From Leptonema sp. (in: bacteria) (GTDB lineage Bacteria > Spirochaetota > Leptospiria > Leptospirales > Leptonemataceae), in NCBI GenBank assembly GCA_046291925.1, contig JBKBRY010000014.1:4911-68910 (forward strand): DNA of 64,000 nt. The letters run 5' to 3'. The notes under the pieces were generated by a model that did no database searches, had not been told where the DNA came from, and saw only the letters and a list, made by a program, of their open reading frames with translations. The position numbers and the translations under genes are program-made. Positions within the stretch are counted from its first letter, which is position 1. Every line of letters starts with the position of its first letter. Shown here piece by piece: positions 60,169-64,000 of this stretch.

Positions 60169-63100
60169 ATGAGTACCAAAAAACCACTAATTTGGGATGT
60201 GATAACCAATACACTTTCTCAACGGATAATGGTATTGGATGGGGCAATGGGAACCATGATCCAAAAATACAAATTAACAGAATCTGAATTTCGTGGTGAA
60301 TTTTTTAAAAACCATCCTAAAGAACTAAAAGGAAATAATGATATTCTTAGTATTACCCAACCTCAAATAATTCAATCTATCCATGAGGAATACCTTAAGG
60401 CTGGAGCTGATATTATAGAAACCAATACTTTTAATTCTAACAAAATATCTCAAGAAGAGTACATGTTAGGAGATTATGTATATCAGTTAAACTATACATC
60501 AGCAAAATTGGCGAAAGAAGTTGCCATAAAATATTCTACAGAAGAAAAAAAAAGATATGTTGCTGGAGCCATAGGTCCTACAAGCAAAACTTTATCTATA
60601 TCTCCTGATGTTACTAATCCAGCCTTTCGAGCTGTTAGTTTTTCTCAAATGGTAGAATCTTATTATGAACAAATCAGAGGTTTGGTAGATGGTGGAGTGG
60701 ATATCCTACTTGTTGAAACTATTTTTGATACTTTGAATGCTAAGGCTGCTATTTATTCTATTCAAAAATACTTTGAAGATTTCCATACATCCTTACCAAT
60801 CATGATAAGTGGTACTGTTGTAGATATAAGTGGTAGAACATTATCTGGTCAGACTGTTTCAGCATTTTGGGTTTCTATCTCTCACACTCCCTATTTATTG
60901 TCTGTAGGATTAAACTGTTCTTTGGGTTCAAAACAGATGAGACCTTTTATAGAAGAACTTAGTAAGTTGGCAACTTGTTATGTTAGTTTGTATCCTAATG
61001 CTGGGCTTCCCAATCAATTTGGTGGTTATGACGAAACGCCAGATTTTATGGCTAAGGAAATCAAAGAGTATTCAGAAAATCAATGGCTCAATATAGTTGG
61101 GGGATGCTGTGGTACTACTCCAGAACATATAAAAAAAATGGCTGAATATGTAAAAAATTGTAAACCACGAAAACCTAAAGAAAAAGATTTTGTTCTTCGT
61201 CTGTCTGGCTTAGAAATGTTAGAAATAAGAGAAAATTCAAACTTTATCAATATTGGAGAAAGGGCGAATGTGTCTGGCTCAAAAAAATTTGCAACTCTAA
61301 TTAAGGAAAAAAAATACGAAGAAGCCTTAGAAATTGTAAAAGAACAAATCCAAAACGGAGCAAACATAATTGATGTAAATATGGATGAGGGGATGTTGGA
61401 TTCAGACAAAGAAATGGAGCATTTTTTAAAGTTGATTTCTTCTGAGCCAGAAATTTCAAAAGTTCCCATTATGATTGATTCTTCTAAATGGGAAGTTATA
61501 GAAAAAGGATTACAATGTTTACAAGGTAAAGGAATTGTAAATTCAATATCTTTAAAAGAAGGAGAAGAAAAGTTTATTCAGCAAGCTAAGGAAATTAAAA
61601 AATATGGTGCTGCAGTGGTCGTAATGGCTTTTGATGAACAAGGTCAAGCCGATACCTATGAAAGAAGAATTTCCGTTTGTGAGCGAGCTTATAAGATTTT
61701 GTTAGAAAAAGTTGGTTTTTCTCCTGAAGATATCGTTTTTGATCCTAACATTTTTGCGTTGGCAACAGGAATAGAAGAACATAACCGTTATGCATTGGAT
61801 TTTATTAATGCAACAAGATGGATCAAAAAAAATCTACCTTATGCAAAAGTAAGTGGTGGTGTTTCGAATTTGTCTTTTTCTTTTCGAGGAAACGAACCAG
61901 TTCGTAGAGCTATGCATTCTGTTTTTTTGTATTATGCCATTCAAGCAGGTATGGATATGGGTATTGTGAATGCTGGACAACTGGATGTTTATGACCAAAT
62001 TCCATTAGAGCTAAGAAATATCGTAGAAGATGTGATTTTAAATAAACGAGTTGATGCAACAGAAAAATTATTAGAAATAGCCCAAAAATACAAAGGTGAA
62101 AATAAACAAGAATCAATCCAAGAAGAATGGCGTAAGTATTCAATAGAAGAAAGGTTAAAAATTTCCTTAGTTCAAGGTATAGATAAATATATAGAACAGG
62201 ATATATTAGAAGCAGTTAATGATAAAGAAAAATATCCAGAAACTCTTAAAATCATTGAAGGACCTTTAATGGAAGGAATGAACATAGTAGGTGATTTATT
62301 TGGTTCCGGCAAAATGTTTTTACCTCAAGTCGTGAAAAGTGCCAGGGTGATGAAAAAAGCAGTATCTGTTTTAATACCTTTTATAGAACAAGAAAAAGCG
62401 AATTCTGGAAAAGAACAAGAAAAAAAAGCAAAAGTTCTATTAGCAACTGTTAAAGGAGATGTTCATGATATTGGAAAAAATATAGTAGGTGTTGTTCTTG
62501 CATGTAATAATTATGAGATTATTGATTTAGGTGTAATGGTACCAAAAGAAAAAATTATAAAAACAGCTCTTGAAATCAGTGTAGATGTAATAGGACTTTC
62601 GGGACTCATTACTCCTTCCTTAGATGAAATGGTAGAAGTTGCTAAAGAAATGGAAAGAGAAAAAATGAACATTCCTCTTTTAATAGGTGGTGCTACTACA
62701 AGCGAGGTACATACAGCAGTAAAAATTGAACCAGAATATTCAAACGGTGTAATCCACGTCCTGGATGCCTCTAGGTGTGTTCCAGTTATGAATCAATTAA
62801 CAAATAAAGAAACTGGGAATCAATTTATACAAGAAGTTAAAAAGAAATACCAAGAAATACGAAATCGCTTTCATCAACATAGTCAAAAAGAATATCTATC
62901 ATTGGAAGAAGCAAGAAAAAATAGAATCAAAATCGATTGGGGAGATTACATACCACCAAAACCCAACTTTTTAGGGATTCAGGAAATTAGACCTTCTTTA
63001 GATACTTTAATCAATTACATTGATTGGACACCCTTCTTCCTTACATGGGAAATGAAGAAAAAGTTTCCCGAAATATTAAGCGATCCTAAATTAGGAAAGG

Positions 63101-63873
63101 AAGCAAAAAAATTATATGATGATGCAATACAATTTTTAGAAGAGATTTCAAAAAAAGAATATACTCTACCAATAGGTGTTTTTGGAATTTTTAGGGCGAA
63201 TACAAATCCTGAAAATTTTGACGACATTATCGTTTATAAAGATCATTCAAGAAAAGAAACCTTGGCAACATTTCATGGTTTAAGGCAACAGACAAAAAAA
63301 AGAGAAGATGAGTATAATAAAAATATTTCAGATTTTATTGCTCCCTATGGCATAAAAGATGATTATATAGGTGCATTTGCAGTAACTAGTGGAGAAGGTA
63401 TTTTAGAAATTGCGAATTATTACGAAAAACATTTAGATGATTATAAAAGTTTGATGTTTAAATCATTAGGCGATAGATTGGCAGAAGCTTTTGCAGAGTT
63501 TCTACATCAACAAGTAAGAAAATACTATTGGGGCTATGCACCAGCAGAAAATTTTTCCAACGAGGAATTAATAAATGAATCTTATATAGGAATTAGACCT
63601 GCACCTGGATATCCTTCTCAGCCGGATCATACAGAAAAATTAATTTTATTTGAACTTTTAGAAGTTTCTAAAAGAACCCCTATTGTACTTACAGAAAATC
63701 TTGCAATGTATCCACCTTCTTCTGTATGTGGTTTATACTTTTCTCATCCCGAATCTAAATATTTTAACTTAGGAAAAATTTATCAAGATCAAGTAGAGGA
63801 CTATGCAAAACGAAAAGGAATGACAATAGAAGAAATAGAAAAATGGCTCTCTTACTATTTAGCTTATAAGTGA
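60169..63873 (+). CDS. metH: Cobalamin-dependent methionine synthase
   Basis: 1234 aa with Hcy-binding, pterin-binding, B12-binding (DVHDIGKN) and AdoMet-activation domains. Confidence 0.9.
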   Translation: MSTKKPLIWDVITNTLSQRIMVLDGAMGTMIQKYKLTESEFRGEFFKNHPKELKGNNDILSITQPQIIQSIHEEYLKAGADIIETNTFNSNKISQEEYMLGDYVYQLNYTSAKLAKEVAIKYSTEEKKRYVAGAIGPTSKTLSISPDVTNPAFRAVSFSQMVESYYEQIRGLVDGGVDILLVETIFDTLNAKAAIYSIQKYFEDFHTSLPIMISGTVVDISGRTLSGQTVSAFWVSISHTPYLLSVGLNCSLGSKQMRPFIEELSKLATCYVSLYPNAGLPNQFGGYDETPDFMAKEIKEYSENQWLNIVGGCCGTTPEHIKKMAEYVKNCKPRKPKEKDFVLRLSGLEMLEIRENSNFINIGERANVSGSKKFATLIKEKKYEEALEIVKEQIQNGANIIDVNMDEGMLDSDKEMEHFLKLISSEPEISKVPIMIDSSKWEVIEKGLQCLQGKGIVNSISLKEGEEKFIQQAKEIKKYGAAVVVMAFDEQGQADTYERRISVCERAYKILLEKVGFSPEDIVFDPNIFALATGIEEHNRYALDFINATRWIKKNLPYAKVSGGVSNLSFSFRGNEPVRRAMHSVFLYYAIQAGMDMGIVNAGQLDVYDQIPLELRNIVEDVILNKRVDATEKLLEIAQKYKGENKQESIQEEWRKYSIEERLKISLVQGIDKYIEQDILEAVNDKEKYPETLKIIEGPLMEGMNIVGDLFGSGKMFLPQVVKSARVMKKAVSVLIPFIEQEKANSGKEQEKKAKVLLATVKGDVHDIGKNIVGVVLACNNYEIIDLGVMVPKEKIIKTALEISVDVIGLSGLITPSLDEMVEVAKEMEREKMNIPLLIGGATTSEVHTAVKIEPEYSNGVIHVLDASRCVPVMNQLTNKETGNQFIQEVKKKYQEIRNRFHQHSQKEYLSLEEARKNRIKIDWGDYIPPKPNFLGIQEIRPSLDTLINYIDWTPFFLTWEMKKKFPEILSDPKLGKEAKKLYDDAIQFLEEISKKEYTLPIGVFGIFRANTNPENFDDIIVYKDHSRKETLATFHGLRQQTKKREDEYNKNISDFIAPYGIKDDYIGAFAVTSGEGILEIANYYEKHLDDYKSLMFKSLGDRLAEAFAEFLHQQVRKYYWGYAPAENFSNEELINESYIGIRPAPGYPSQPDHTEKLILFELLEVSKRTPIVLTENLAMYPPSSVCGLYFSHPESKYFNLGKIYQDQVEDYAKRKGMTIEEIEKWLSYYLAYK

Positions 63874-64000
63874 ATTTATCGAAAAATTTTTTGTTTTAAA
63901 TCAAACGTTAAAATCAAAATTTTAATAAAACTCATCCCGAAATTCAATCTTTATGTCGTTTCTTTCGCTGCTTCCCCATTTGCTCACTGAATAGCTATTC

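Noticed and set aside
1-64000. Prophage, integrative element or IS in the window
   Set aside because: I found no integrase, transposase, terminase, tRNA attachment site or flanking direct repeats. The accessory-looking pieces are single genes or scars.

Overview
This is a very AT-rich spirochete chromosomal window that looks Leptospiraceae-like, judged from gene content: flaB flagellin, hfq, a giant BamA of about 1050 aa, and an ahcY-metH pair. It is mostly housekeeping. I found no rRNA, tRNA, CRISPR array, integrase or transposase.

Recognisable blocks:
- Fatty-acid activation gene (1-3 kb).
- Envelope genes: an MBOAT with a partner protein (5.6-8.2 kb), and lpxK-msbA-bamA on the minus strand (8.2-14.2 kb).
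- Signalling: a HAMP-PP2C phosphatase (17.1-19.1 kb).
- Cofactor and purine metabolism: cobB, nadE, purQ and purS (20.6-24.4 kb).
- Glycolysis and flagella: fba, fliN and flaB (27.3-30 kb).
- xth, cobA and acs (30-36 kb).
- folE2 and a DJ-1 family protein, then hfq with an SPFH-like neighbour and manC (41-47.5 kb).
- nnr and a WbaP-like sugar transferase (51-54.4 kb).
- A methyl-cycle block from 57.8 kb to the end: a SahR-like ArsR-methyltransferase fusion, ahcY and metH.

The most unusual locus is 56.0-57.8 kb. A stand-alone AmmeMemoRadiSam-type radical SAM enzyme, with no AMMECR1 or Memo partner in the window, sits immediately upstream of a stop-free ORF. That ORF lies in a roughly 360-bp stretch that is strongly G-rich and C-depleted (about 39% G, 8% C). 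It encodes a Gly/Tyr/Trp/Arg-rich product that I cannot place in any family.

Other points of interest:
- A perfect 21-bp, in-frame tandem repeat inside a small membrane protein gene.
- A YihY/BrkB permease split by an insert of about 370 aa that carries BNR/Asp-box repeats.
- A minimal nucleotidyltransferase gene plus a small ORF, next to a 700-bp gene-free scar.
- A cluster of a CPBP protease, a small Cys-rich lipoprotein and an HExxH protein.
- A gene for a coiled-coil protein bounded by long intergenic regions.
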